Source: the human T2T-CHM13v2.0 reference genome, Homo sapiens
Strand: one strand, 5' to 3'
Length of the DNA stretch: 64,000 nucleotides
Assembly (NCBI RefSeq): GCF_009914755.1
Contig: NC_060930.1
The translations under genes and the position numbers were made by a program. A model generated the notes under the pieces. It was not told the DNA's origin. It did no database searches and worked only from the letters and a program-made list of their open reading frames with translations. This document shows positions 12,923 through 27,023 of the stretch, piece by piece (position 1 is the stretch's first letter; each line of letters starts with the position of its first letter).

Positions 12923-15054
12923 GATTCCTTATTTGTGAAATTATGAATCATCAAAGACAAAGAGAAAATTTAAAAATCACCAGAGAAGAAAGATTATTTG
13001 AATCTGGGCCTACAGAGAGTCTTCACCAATCAGAATAATATCTTCAAAGTTGTGAGGAAAAATAAGCATTAACATAGACTTTTTTACGCTATTATTCAGG
13101 AGTAATGGCAAAATAATGAGTATTACAGTAAGGACAAGGGCTAAGAGAGTTTACAGTTCCTAAATCATAGTTGCAGGATGTTCTTTAGTTACATAGAAGG
13201 CACTCTCAGAAAGAAGTAGGTGGCAAAAGTAACGGCTGCAAACATATGAGTAAATCTAAAGAAACTGTAAAAAGGGAACATTATGACATCAGTATGATGG
13301 CAGAATAGGAGTCTCTAGTCCCCTCATAGATACATCCATTTGAACAACCATCCACATGCAAAAATGGCTTCATAATTGCTAAGGAATCCAGGTGAGAAAT
13401 ATGTGCTTCTGTAGAGCACAGAAGTAGAGATGCATTAAAGAGGGTAGGAAGGACAGTTTCACATGATGTCTCCCAAGCTCAGTGTCAAGAAAGATACTCC
13501 TCCTGGGGGAAGGAGAGTGAAGTGAGCACCAACTTCACTGTGGACCCCAGCGCCAGGCTCATGCCACTGAACCCTCGTGCAAGGCTGGCCTCCCAAGCTC
13601 CAGCCCCAGGCTCTTTGACCAATGGATCAAAGAAGAAATCAAAAGGAAAATTTTAAAAATCTTAAGACAGAAATGGCAACACAACATACCTAATTTATGG
13701 GACTCAGCAAGAGCATTCCTAAGAGGGAAGTTACCATGATAAATGTCTATGTTAAGGAAAAAGAAATACTTCAGATAAATAACCTCAACCTCACTTCACA
13801 CTTCAAGGAACTAAAAAAGAACAAACTAAGCCCAAAGTTAGCAGATGGAAGGAAATAATAAAGATCAGAGCAGAAATAAATGACACTGAGACTAGAAAAA
13901 CAATAGAAAAGATCAATGGATCTAAGAGTTAGCTTTTGAAAAGTTAAGCAAAATTGACAAACGTTTAGTTGACTAACAAAAAAGAGCACACTCAAATAAG
14001 CAAAATCATAAATGAAAGAGGAGACACTACATCTGATACTACAGAACTACAAAGGATCGTAAAAACTACTATTAAAATTATATGTCAATAAATGGCATAA
14101 CCTGAAACAATAGATAAGTTTCTAGAAACATACCACTTGTCAAGGCTGAATCATGAAGAAATAGAAAATCTGAAAAGATCAGTGAGTAAGGAGATACAAT
14201 CAGTAATCAAAAGTCTCCCAACCAAGAAAAGCCCAGGAGCTCATGGCTTCATGGTAGAGTTCTATCAAACATTTAAAGAATTAATGCCAAGCCTTCTCAA
14301 ACTTTTCTGAAGAAGCAAAGATGAAGGAACACTTCCAAACTCATTTTATGAAGCCAACATTACTTTAATACCAAAGTCAGACAAGGATACTACAAGAAAA
14401 GAAAATTTCAGGCCAATATCCCCGATGAACATATGTGCAAAAATCCTTGACAAGATACTAGGAAACCAAAATTAGTAGCACATTAAGAGGATTATTCACC
14501 ATGATCAAGTGGGATTCACTCCAGGAATGCAATGAATTTCCAAGGAATTCAACATGTGCAAATCCATAAAGGTGATATACTACATTAACAGAATGAAAGA
14601 AAAAAATATATGGTCATCTCAGTAGATGCAAAAAAGCATTTGACAAAATCCAACATCAGCAAATTCAACATGAAAACAATCTTCATGATAAAAGCTCTCA
14701 ACAAGGTGGTATAGAAGAAATGTACCTCAACAAAATAAACCCACAGCTAACATCACACTTAGTGGTGAAAAGCAGAAAGATTTTCCTCTAAGATCACGAA
14801 CAAGACAAGGATGCCCACTCTTGCCACTTCTATTCAATACAGTACTAGAAGTCCTAGCCAGAGCAATTAGGCAAGAAAAAGGAATACAAGGCATGCAAAT
14901 TGAACAGGAAGAAGTAAAATTGTCTCTTTCTACAGATGACTTGATTTTTTATAAAGAAAACCCTAAAGACTATACAAATAAGACATTTAGAGCTAATAAA
15001 CAGCTTCAGTAAAGTAGCAGATACAAAATCACCTAAAAAAGTCAGTCCCACTTC

Positions 15055-15911
15055 TTTTTTTTATTTTATTTTATTTTATTTTTTTTATTATTATACTTCA
15101 AGTTTTAGGGTACATGTGCACATTGTGCAGGTTAGTTACATACGTATACATGTGCCATGCTGGTGTGCTGCACCCACTAACTCGTCATCTAGCAATAGGT
15201 ATATCTCCCAGTGCTATCCCTCCCCCCTCCCCCCACCCCACAACAGTCCCCAGAGTGTGATGTTCCCCTTCCTGTGTCCATGTGATCTCATTGTTCAATT
15301 CCCACCTATGAGTGAGAATATGCGGTGTTTGGTTTTTTGTTCTTGCAATAGTTTACTGAGAATGATGATTTCCAATTTCATCCACGTCCCTACAAAGGAC
15401 ATGAACTCATCATTTTTTATGGCTGCATAGTATTCCATGGTGTATATGTGCCACATTTTCTTAATCCAGTCTATCATTGTTGGACATTTGGGTTGGTTCC
15501 AAGTCTTTGCTATTGTGAATAATGCCGCAGTAAACATACGTATGCATGTGTCTTTATAGCAGCATGATTTATAGTCCTTTGGGTATATACCCAGTAATGG
15601 GATGGCTGGATCAAATGGTATTTCTAGTTCTAGATCCCTGAGGAATCGCCACACTGACTTCCACAATGGTTGAACTAGTTTACAGTCCCACTAACAGTGT
15701 AAAAGTGTTCCTATTTCTCCACATCCTCTCCAGCACCTGTTGTTTCCTGACTTTTTAATGATTGCCATTCTAACTGGTGTGAGATGATATCTCATTGTGG
15801 TTTTGATTTGCATTTCTCTGATGGCTGGTGATGGTGAGCATTTTTTCATGTGTTTTTTGGCTGCGTAAATGTCTTCTTTTGAGAAGTGTCTGTTCATGTC
15901 CTTCGCCCACT
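15055..15911 (-). mobile_element. 5'-truncated L1PA2-like insertion inside the L1MA
   Basis: T-rich tail at left. ORF2 C-terminus in the ORF track (15295-15666, 15691-15897, split by a TGG>TAG stop). 3'UTR reads GATGACGAGTTAG (GAG, not the Ta ACA) and AATGAGATCAC. Confidence 0.9.
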
Positions 15912-17303
15912 ACACACTAACAACAAACCACCAAAAGAGAAATTTAAAAAACAATTTCATTTACAATTGCATAAAAATATTCAGAAATATATTTAACCAC
16001 GGAGGTGAAAAATCTGTGCAGTGAAAACTACAGAACATTGATAAAAGAAATGGGAGAGGATACAAATAAATGGAAAGATATCCTGTCTTCATAGACTGGA
16101 AGAATTAATGTTAAAATATCCATATTACTCAAAGCTATCTACAGATTCAATGAAATCTTATGAAAATTCCAATGGCATTTTCCACAGAAATAGAACAAAA
16201 AATCCTAAAATTCATATGGAATCACAGGACCCTGGATAGTCAAAGCAACCTTGATCAAGAAGAACAAAGCTGGAGGCACCATGCTACCTAATTTCAAAGT
16301 ATTCTACAAAACTATAGTAATCAACAAAAGTATGGTACTGGCATAAAAACAGGCATATAAACCAATGGAACAGAGTAGAGAGCCCAGAAATAAATCCAAC
16401 CTTTTAAAATTAGTTGGTCTTCCACAAAGGTGCCAAGAACATACAATGGGAGAACGGACAGTGTCTTCAATAAATGGTGTCAGGAAAGCTGGATATTCAC
16501 AGCCAAAAGAATGAAATTGGACCATTGCCTCACACCATATACAAAAATCAACTCAAGCTAGAGGAAAGACTTAAATGTAAGATCTGAAGCTGTGAAAATG
16601 CTAGAAGAAAACAGAGAAAAAGCTTTTGAAATTGGTCAGGGCTATGATTTTTTTTTTCATATGACCCCAAAATCACAGGCAACAAAACAAAAAAAAGTAA
16701 ACAAATGGGATTACATCAAACAAAAAAGCCTCTGTGTAGCAAAGGAAGCAACCTATGGAATGGGTGAAAATAATTGCAAACCATACATCCTATAAGGGGT
16801 TAATATCCAAAATAGGTAAGGAACTCAGCTAAATGGCAAGAAAACACATAACCTGCTTAAAAATAGGCAAAGAATCTGAATAGACATTTCTCAGAAGACA
16901 TACAGTGGCCAGCAGTGTATGAAATAATGCTCAACGTCTCTAATCATCAGGGAAATGCAAAGCTAAACCACAATGAGGTATCATCCCACCCATTAATAGT
17001 TATTTATAAAAGACAAAAATTAGCAAGTATTGGCAAGGATGTGGGAAAAGGGAACCCCTATCTGCTACTGGTGGGAATGTATATTGGTACAGCCATTGTG
17101 AAAAACAATATGGAAGTTACTCAAAGGACTAAAAATGGAATTACCATATGACCTGGCAATTCTACTGTTGGGTATACAAATCCGAAGGACATAAAATCAG
17201 CACCTTGAAGAGATATCTGCACTCCTATTGCCCACTGTAGAAGGAGTCACAGTAGCTGTCATATGAAATGAACCTAAGTGTCAACAGACAGATGAATGGG
17301 TAA

Positions 17304-17695
<392 letters not shown>

Positions 17696-20294
17696 TGTGT
17701 GATGGAATATTACTCAGCCTTAAAAAAGAAGGAAATCCTGTCATTTGTGACAACTTGGTGAACCTGGAGGATATTATGAACATGAAATAAGCTGGGCATC
17801 AAAGGACAAATACTGCATGACCTCACTTACACGTAGAATCTTAAAAAGTCAATCTCATAGAAGCAGAGATTGTAGAATCTTAAAAAGTCAGTCTCATGGA
17901 AGTAGAGAGTAGAATGGGGATTGCTAGGGGCTGGAGGAAAAGAAGATGGGGAGATGTTGGTCAAAGCACACAAAGTTTCAGTCATGTTGGCTGAATTTTT
18001 GTTTTAACTAACCAACAATAATTGTAGTAATAATTACAATAATTATATCAATAATACTAATAATTATTGGTATTACTATTAATGGAAATTTCTGGAGATC
18101 TAATGTACAGTGTGGTGACTATAGTTAATAATACTGTCTTGTATACTTGAAATTTGCTAAGAGATTAAGTAGATCTTAAATGTTCTCACCACATACCTAC
18201 AAAAAGGTAACTATATGAGGTACTGGATATGTTTGTTAATAAGCTTGACTGCGGTAATAATTTCACAGTATGTACGTATACCAAAACATTATTTTGTACA
18301 TCTTAAATATATACAAACTTTATTAATTATGCCTCATAATTGACAGAAAATAAAGAAACTGGATATATGTACGTTTGAAAAATTATTGCCTGAAAAAAAT
18401 TTATTAATCCACTTTTATTGGTCTTATTATTATTACAATTATGTTTCCTTGGTTAAAATAAAAATATGGTAGCATTCCACATTTATTAGATGGATCAAAA
18501 TTTTAAAGTCCGACTAGTCAAATGTTGACAAAGATCTGGATCATCCAAAACTGTTGGCAGAAGTTTAAATTATACAATTAATCTCAAGAGTGATTTGACT
18601 ATTAGTAGTAAAGTTGAATATGAGCATACCCGTCTGTCCAACGTTCTACTCCATGAATGATGTTTTTTAAAAAGCATGTCATTTTACAGCATTTAAAAAT
18701 ATGCACAGCATACTATATATTATACAGGGATATATACATATATAGTAAATTTTAAAATATGCATGCCAATGAAAACTACTAAATTCAGACTAGTGGCTCT
18801 TATTGAGAGGGAGAGAAAGAAATGAGATTGATTGTGGGCAAATAGCAAGGTTTATCCATGTCTTTAATGATTTACTTTATGAAAAAAATCTGCAAAGCAT
18901 GACCTAAATTTACAAGATCACAAACAATAGGCAAAGGAATTTTCCCTAAAAATTGTATTTCAATTTTTCTGAAATCTCATTTGCAAAGATGACATATTGA
19001 GACAGTAAAATGCATAATGCAATTAGATGTTGGCAGCTAGGTGTGAAAGAACAGCAGGATTTAAATTAAGCCACATGTGTTTTGGTACAGGTCATGACAA
19101 TCATCACAGTCACTGCTGTTTATCAAATGCGTAAGTACTCTATATGCATCATCTCATTTAATTATCACACCTACCTTACGGGTGTCATTTATTTCAGTTT
19201 TAGGGAAGGTAAGACTGAGGCTCAGAGAATTATGTGACAAAGCCTAAATTAAACTAGTCTGTGCGCCTTCAAAATCTGTGCTGACTTCTGAGTGCCACTG
19301 TGCCTCCTCCTAAGTCAGAATTGAAATCGGCCCCCTTGCAGCCCTAACGCAATAGTTAACATCTATCAAGTGCTCTCGCTGTTTCCCGTCCTTTGCATAT
19401 GTCATGTTTCTTAATCATTACATAGGCAATCATACAAATGGGGCACTGCTATGTACCCCATTTCATGACTGAAGAATGAAGCACAAAGCTGAGCAAAGTA
19501 TCCATGAGTGGAGGAGTCATCCCGAGTCCCACCCAGGACATCTGATGCCAAACCCCCACTGCCCCATTATTGAAGGCTCTAACTTATCAAGAAGAGACCT
19601 CACACAGAGACAGCAGCATGGCAGGTGGGCTCGGGTCACTGACTATATTTTTAAACAACCTCATGAGAAATGGAATCGAGTGTATCTAATGAGGATGACT
19701 TCAGCAGATGCGACTTAAATCTCTGGTCACTGGCTTGCAATCAGGTGAGCACGACAGTTCTCAGGGAAGGTCCTGTCCTGTAGATAAGTGGTCCCAGCTA
19801 CCCTGCATCCATCCATCCATCACTGCCTGAGCCTCTCAGCTGTGCTCTTCCACCCCCTACGTCCCACTGCTGAGGGAGGGGTTCATTTTCCCAGATCCAC
19901 ACAGAAAACAGAGACTGCACGCAACACTGCCCGCTTGCGTTGTCCATGGGTGAATTAAGTGATTTGTTCTGAGCACCCAGCACTTGCAGCACTTGCTCAA
20001 CTGATGCTCCTCCTGATGAGCCTGGTCTTTTCATAGGAAAAAGAAAAAGCACTGGCGCCTGCAGATTGTCTCAGAGCCTGGTGGCTGGCTCTTCCCAGGC
20101 AAGAGTGGCCTGTAGCACCCCTACCCTGCCCTGTGTCTTAGCTGGCATTCGTCGCTAGTGGAATCACTCATTCATTTCATAAGTATTGATCATGTACCTA
20201 CTACGTGCTAATTACTATCCTAGGCCTTAGGGAGGAAGTCCCTCGTATTCCAGTGGAATTATTACATAAATGTTCCCAGATATGCCACTTTTTA

Positions 20295-20490
20295 AAACCT
20301 TTCTATTTGGGAAAAATTTTAGATGTACAGAAGAGTCATGCTTAGTGTTCCCATATGCCCATCACCTTCTTTCCTCCACTGTTAACATCTTACGTAACCA
20401 TGGTACATTTATCATAATTCAGAAATTAACATTTGCACAGTACTAATAACTGAACTAGTCTTTATTTGGACGTCACTGTTTTTTAATGTC
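20295..20490 (-). mobile_element. Old L1 (L1MC/L1MB-type) 3'-end fragment
   Basis: TTTTAGATGTACAGAAGAGT...TGTTAACATCTTACGTAACCATGGTACATTTATCA motif. Confidence 0.6.
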
Positions 20491-21571
20491 GAAAAACTTT
20501 GTTGAAAGCAGTTCTCAGGCATGCCTTCATCACACAAAGGCTGCCTTCATTTGCATCTCCGTCTGTAGAATCACTGAATGATAGCACTTAGAAGAAATCT
20601 GAGTCATCATCTTACTTGGTGTTTGGGCCTCAGTTTCTCAATCCATAAAATGGATCAACATAGTTATATATGTAGCACAAAGACATACACACAGCAGACC
20701 CTAGATTGTCTATCAGTTTCCCCCTCTTCCTCTGACAGATAACACAGTGAGTGATTCACATCCTGACATAGATTCATGTACTGCATTAGCAGCAACCACA
20801 AAGCTAATGAAGTGAAGACAGGAGTCAAAGCGACATGTTCCGACTCCCTGTCTATTCTACAATGAGAATGTTAGTAAGTGGTACTATCTTCGTTTTGTAG
20901 ATTAAAAGACAGAGACTCCATGTGATCACACCACCTTTATTTTTACTTAAATGAATATTCCATGTAGGACACGGACAGATGGAACAAGCTAGACTGCCTG
21001 TGTTTATCCGCACACAGGCCAGCGGATGTGTGAGGGGTAGGTACTTAAGCGGAGAGTGACTGTGACTTCGGAGAATGATTGATCACTTCCCCCTAATGCC
21101 TCCTTTGTAAAATTGGGAGTTACAGGTCATCTATTTAAAAGGAATATTTTTTACAACCATTTAAAAATTTTTCTGCGAAAATGGCAGAAATAACTTAAGA
21201 TGCTAGATTAATTACATATTTCTGAAACAATTTATTCATTTTTATAAGGACAATTGTCTACAGAAAAAAGAAATTCTAAATTTGTCTACTTTTTATGGAG
21301 CCAACAGCATAAAACAGATAAGGCATAAAAACTTCCATTTTCAACTCTATAATAAATAAGAACACATAGTAAAGACTGTGCCAGTTTACACATTTTTGTA
21401 TATGTGTGCATAATTTCCTTATTTTAATTTTAGTCTTGGTAGTATTTCACTGAATTGACACATCATTATTTGTATTATACCTTTCATGTTTAATTCTAAA
21501 TTGTTTTGAAGTTTGTATTATTGGTGATATAAATAATACTGATATTAATATCTCTTTGAGATAAGTGGCCT

Positions 21572-21631
21572 ATACACATTTATAAAAAGCCCAGAGAACT
21601 AATACACATTTATAAAAAGCCCAGAGAACTA
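21572..21631. repeat. Perfect 30-bp tandem duplication
   Basis: ATACACATTTATAAAAAGCCCAGAGAACTA x2. Confidence 0.97.
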
Positions 21632-24429
21632 ATTTTTTTTTCATAAATTTGAAGGAAAATTTAATTTTTCTTCTTAAGTTTGAACTGAAAATTCACTGGG
21701 GAGTCATTATCTTGTTTATGGTGAACACTCATGTATTCCACAGAAGTACTGTTTTGACGTGTTTGACTGCAAAGTGCTGACTCAGTCCCTTGGGGTGTTA
21801 TGTGATGTAGAGTAGACATACCATATCTCCTTTAAAACATTTTATTTTTTAATCCTGAACTCTGAAACATATCCAGCCCAGGGTTTTAAATATGGGATTA
21901 TGAACCAGTACTGCTTAAAAAAAAAAAAAATTCTGAGTTACTTATGTTTGATAAGCTTCCAGTAGTGAGATTCCTGGCCTAAAGGGCACACATGTTTTTA
22001 TTTAAAAGTATTCATTTGATTTACAATACCATTAGTAATTTTTCAGGATGTGTATTTCCTTGCAACCTCTCTAGCACTCAGTTTCATTTTCAAAATAATG
22101 TCTGTTAGTTTTAACAGGATTAAAATAATAGCAGTTGGTATTTTAATTTGCTTTTACTTAGATACTAGCAAATTCAAGCATTTTTACAAATTATGGCTTC
22201 AAGAAGATAATTTCCTGACATCTGGGGCTCAGAGCTGTGGAAACCTCACATCACAGCTGCTTTATGTGATGTGTCTGGAATTTCTTCACTCATGTACCCA
22301 CCATCTTTAGTTATTGTTAGCTACTTGTATTATCCGCCATATATATTGCCCCTTGCCCCTCACACTTATCACAAATATTTATCCAGGATGTTTTCTAACC
22401 TTTAGTTGTATTTTAGTTGTATTGGTTTTCATGGTACAAAAGTCAGGTCTTTTAGCTTTTACTTAATAAGCCCTTAAACAGCTCTGATTATTAGAAAACT
22501 ATCAGTTCTGATACTTAACTAATATCCTTTCAGAATGAATTAAAAATAATATCTTTACCATCGACTTAACTGAAAAAAGCTAAATAAATTCATGACCCAG
22601 TTTGATTAGAAAACTCATTTCATTTTCAGTAAACCACTGGTTTATCATTAAATGTTTTATTTATAATATAAAACTTAGTCAGATAATGTCAAAACTCAAA
22701 CTTGGCTTATTAACTACAACTGATCTTGATGGTACCTTTCTCTGTTCCTTTTTTAAAGGTTTTCACAACTCTGAGGTTTTGTCTTATGACATGCAATCCT
22801 CATAAGGACATGTACTTCTAAATTTGCAAAATATTACCAAGTTTTGTTTCGATATATGTTCGTATGTTGTAAAAATGTTAAAACATGCAAGAGAATGATA
22901 AACACCAAAAGAGAGGCAGGGTTACTCCTGGTGCAGAAGGATAGTGGTAAGATGAGGCAGGAATACACGATTGGGGTGTGTGTCATTCTTGAATGTTTTG
23001 CTCCTTTTTTATATCTTAAGCTGGATGGCAGCTACAAGGACGTTTGTTATACTATTCTTTGTATATTTCTGTATGTCTGAAATAATTAGCCATGCACTTA
23101 TGATGCTGACATACGTGAATGGATACACATATGTGTGCATTTTGTTGGGCCCTGCCACAAGCATCCCAGGAGCTAGAGAAAGGAATGACCTGAAAGGTAC
23201 AAACACAGCTGTGTCCTTGAAGCTTTTCTAGCTCAGTAAATGAGAAAACATTTATGATGACCAAAGAGATATAAATAGCACCAAAAAAATACCAAAAACA
23301 ATTTGTTCATTTTTATAAGAACTACCATACTGACCCACTGGATGTGGGTCAAGCTTGGAGCTGGTGTTGACACTTGCGTGGGGTACATTTATTGACTCTT
23401 TCAAGATTCTATCAAAGATTATTTTGTGCCAGGTATTGCACAGAATCCTGGGAATAGCATTGAACAAGCTGGTCAAAGTCTCTGCCACCACGGTTCACAT
23501 TCTTACATCAACAACAATTCACACAGGCCAGCCATGAAGCAGCTTTCTCCCGCAAACAATGCGGCAGGAGGGCTTTTCCCAGAGATACAAATACCCATTC
23601 AGTAGTGAGGGTGTGTCCCGAGTGCCAGACCCGGAGACACAGCGGTGAACACAGGCGTTCCATTCATGGTCCCTGGGTGCTTCTGTGCACGCGCAGGGAA
23701 GAGCAGAACAGGCAAGAAGAGCAGAGGGCCTCAGAGTAGCCATGGATGCCAAGGGCAGGCAAGTCACCAGGCTGACTCCTGGGTCAGTGGAACACTTTCA
23801 TTTTGCCTATGGCAGATGGAAGAAGATTTAGGAGCTCGGCAAATTATCCATATATTTGATTGCCATCTTTCAAAATACGGATATATATATAGAACTAATG
23901 AGTTATAGAAAATTGCAAGTTTTTGACATACCTGTAACACTATGAACTCTTGGAAAACCCACATGATTTTGGGATATTAATATATCACTGGTGATAATTT
24001 TCCTTTCAAAAGTGCTTCTTAAAAAATACAGTGTTTTAAATAAATGTTAAATGCAAAAAGTTTTATTACCTGATTATACATCTTGCTTTAGATGTTTTAT
24101 ATTCTTTTTTTCTGATGAGACTATGCTATATCTTAGTTCAATAAAACTTGGAAGATTTATAACAAAAGTTTAAAGAAGAAAAAGAAAAGTCCAAAACTAC
24201 AACCAGAGAAAGTGGTTGACACTTTTACATATTTCCTTATCATCTTTTGTTTTAAAATAAACATTTTTTTAAAATTTGAATTATTTTTATGTAATTAAAT
24301 CAATCTCAAAAATTAAAACGTTTTAAATGAATATGATTTTTAAGTGGTAGAGATACATAGGCTTCCAAGTGAAGATGTCAGGCTACACACAGAGATTAGC
24401 CTCCACCGGCTCACAAGGTTTGTAAACAC

Positions 24430-24625
24430 TGGTATGGGGCACACTCCATGTTAAGTAGTGTTCAAAATGCCTTGCTCACATTGACTCAATCTTCACAATG
24501 ATACTGTGAATTAGACACTGTTATTATCCCCATTTTATAGATGAAGAAAATGAGATAACATCACATTGCTAGTTTGTTAGTGGAGGAGCTGATATTTGAA
24601 CTCAGGACTCAGGCAATTTGGCTGA
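24430..24625 (-). mobile_element. MIR
   Basis: Core TTATTATCCCCATTTTATAGATGAAGAAAATGAG. Confidence 0.75.
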
Positions 24626-25872
24626 AGTCTGTGCTGAAAATGATCAAGTTTTTTTTTTTAATGGAATGTGTGAATAAATCCACAGCATCAAAGAGAAAGA
24701 AAAGGGAGCCATCCGCACCTGAAGGCAGAAAGAAAATGAGCCAGTAGGTGGGTAGAACCCCAGAGGATGTGGCCGCCTGGCATGGGAGAGTGTTCTGCAG
24801 CATGCTGGGCAGCTGGGCAGGACCTGGTGAAGGTCCAGGCAGAAGCCCACAGGCAGACGGAGGGAAGGAGGAGGGGGTTTGATTCAAAGTTTAGCAACTG
24901 CTGCCTAGGTTGGCTCCTTGCTTGTTTCTCTTCTGATCTCTCCATCCCAATAAGAACAGAGCTCATGGGGCTCAGCATTTTCCGTGGCAGAAAGGTGGAG
25001 GACATTTCTCTAAAGAAGTTAAACTGTGGCAGGGACCTTCCAGACTATTGTTGCCGCAGCCAATAGCCCCAATTGGTGCTCACTGACCCTCGGGGTAAGA
25101 GCTTATTGGGGAAGTCCTACACGATCCACCACCTTCTAGGGAACATGCCTGCTCACAGGAGAGACCTGGCAGAGAAACAGACTTACAAACCAGGGTAGAG
25201 AACCCATGTCAGACAGCCCAGAAAAAAAATGCTGAGTCTTCTTTCTTAAATACGAATGTTTTGGTCCCCAAAATCCATTAGCATTTCATGTCAATTCCTT
25301 TTTGATTATTTATGTTGTTTAGGTACTTGGAGTGCAGAAGAAGTGTTAAGAGATGGCTCTTTCCCTGAATATAAATACAAACAACCTGTAGAAAGTATGA
25401 AGTGCCAATTTACCTAAGGCTTTAGGAAGGAGGAAGAGTTTCAGTCTGGGTACTGTGCTTTTACTTCGTTGTGTGGTTTCCAGCAGCATCACATAAATGC
25501 ACAAGCGCACTCTCCGTAGCTTGGAATTGTAAAGGTTGCATTTTCCCCCTTTCAAGTATTTTCCTGCCAACGTACTTCAGAATCCCTGGTTCTGCTAACA
25601 CTACTGTTATTTTAATGTCAAGGACATGATATAAATATTTATGTTTTATTCTCTGTGCCAAAGGAAGTAGTTAAATATGTGGGCTGCAGAAGCAAACTGT
25701 TCACAGTAACACAGCTCCCAGCAGTTCCACAAAGGCAAGGATGAGGGGCGGTCATCTGGAAAGGTGAGCACAAGCCTCACAGCATAAAATCAGGTGAACA
25801 GAAATGCACACAGTGCGTGAAGTTTCAAGGCACTTAGTGTTCAAATCAGTGCCAAATTATAGAAAGAAGTTT

Positions 25873-25897
25873 GTGTGTGTGTGTGTGTGTGTGTGTG
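25873..25897. repeat. (GT)n microsatellite
   Basis: Pure GT run. Confidence 0.95.
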
Positions 25898-25994
25898 ATT
25901 TCACTCTCCCGTGAAGAGACACCATAAACAGCAACTAGAATTATATGAACCTGTGGGACCATCTGGAGACCACAGGGTTGAATTTCTAATGTAT

Positions 25995-26219
25995 GCCACT
26001 GCCGCTGTGCAATTTGAGCAAGTTAACCCGTTTCAGGTTCCTTATATGTAAAATGAGGATAATAATGATATCAACCTTGTCAAATTGCTACTAATTTAAT
26101 ATTCTAATCTCTCATCTCTTTTAGAGTAGAGGATTACATAGAATTAATGCATGTTAATCAGTTAATCACGTAAGGAGAGATTTTGGCACATACAAAGTAC
26201 TTAAATAAAGACATAGCTA
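25995..26219 (+). mobile_element. MIR whose tail runs into the CAC/CAT tract
   Basis: TTGAGCAAGTTAAC...TGTAAAATGAGGATAATA core and TGGCACATA...AATAAA...TAGCTAT 3' end. Confidence 0.7.
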
Positions 26220-27023
26220 TCACCATCATCACCACCATTAACACTATCACAATCACCACCATCACCATCACCATCATCACCATCACCAATACCACCATCA
26301 CTACCATCACCATCACCACCACCATTATCACCATCACCATCATCACCATCACCACCATCACCACCATCAACACCATCATCACCATGACCACCATCATCAC
26401 CATCATCACCATTGCCACCATCATCACCACCACCATTATTACCATCACCATCATCACCATCACCACCATCCCCATCACCACCATCACATCACCATCATCA
26501 ACACCATCAACACCATCATCACCATCACCACCATCACATCACCATCAACACCATCACCACCATCATCACCATCACCACCATCACATCACCATCATCAACA
26601 CCATCACCACCATCACATCACCATCAACAACACCATCAACACCATCACCATCACTACCATCATCACCACCACCATTATTACCATCACTGTCATCACCATC
26701 ACCATCATCACCATCACCATCATATCACCATCACCACCATCACATCACCATCATCACCATTACCACCATCATCACCATTACCATCATCACCATCACCATC
26801 ATCACCATCACCATCATCACCATCACCAATACCACCATCACCACCACCATTATCACCATCACCATCATCACCATCACCACCACCATCATCACCATTACCA
26901 TCAACACCATCACCATCATCACCATCACCACCATCACCATCACCACCATCACATCACCATCATCAACAACACCATCAACACCATCATCACCATCACCACC
27001 ATCATCACCATTACCACCATCAT
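26219..27023. repeat. About 800-bp compound (CAC/CAT)n trinucleotide tract
   Basis: Almost G-free + strand of CAC/CAT units with CAA/TAC variants. Confidence 0.98.

Larger units (their letters stand above)
11420..13256 (+). mobile_element. Ancient L1 ORF1-like / HAL1-like fragment, interrupted by MLT2
   Basis: A-rich degenerate ORF1-like sequence (e.g. TAATGGGAATACCAGAAGGAGAAAATAAGGAGAATG) that resumes after the MLT2 TSD. Confidence 0.55.

Noticed and set aside
15295-15897. L1 ORF2 C-terminal ORFs as functional CDS
   Set aside because: 5'-truncated insertion of about 860 bp with an internal stop codon.
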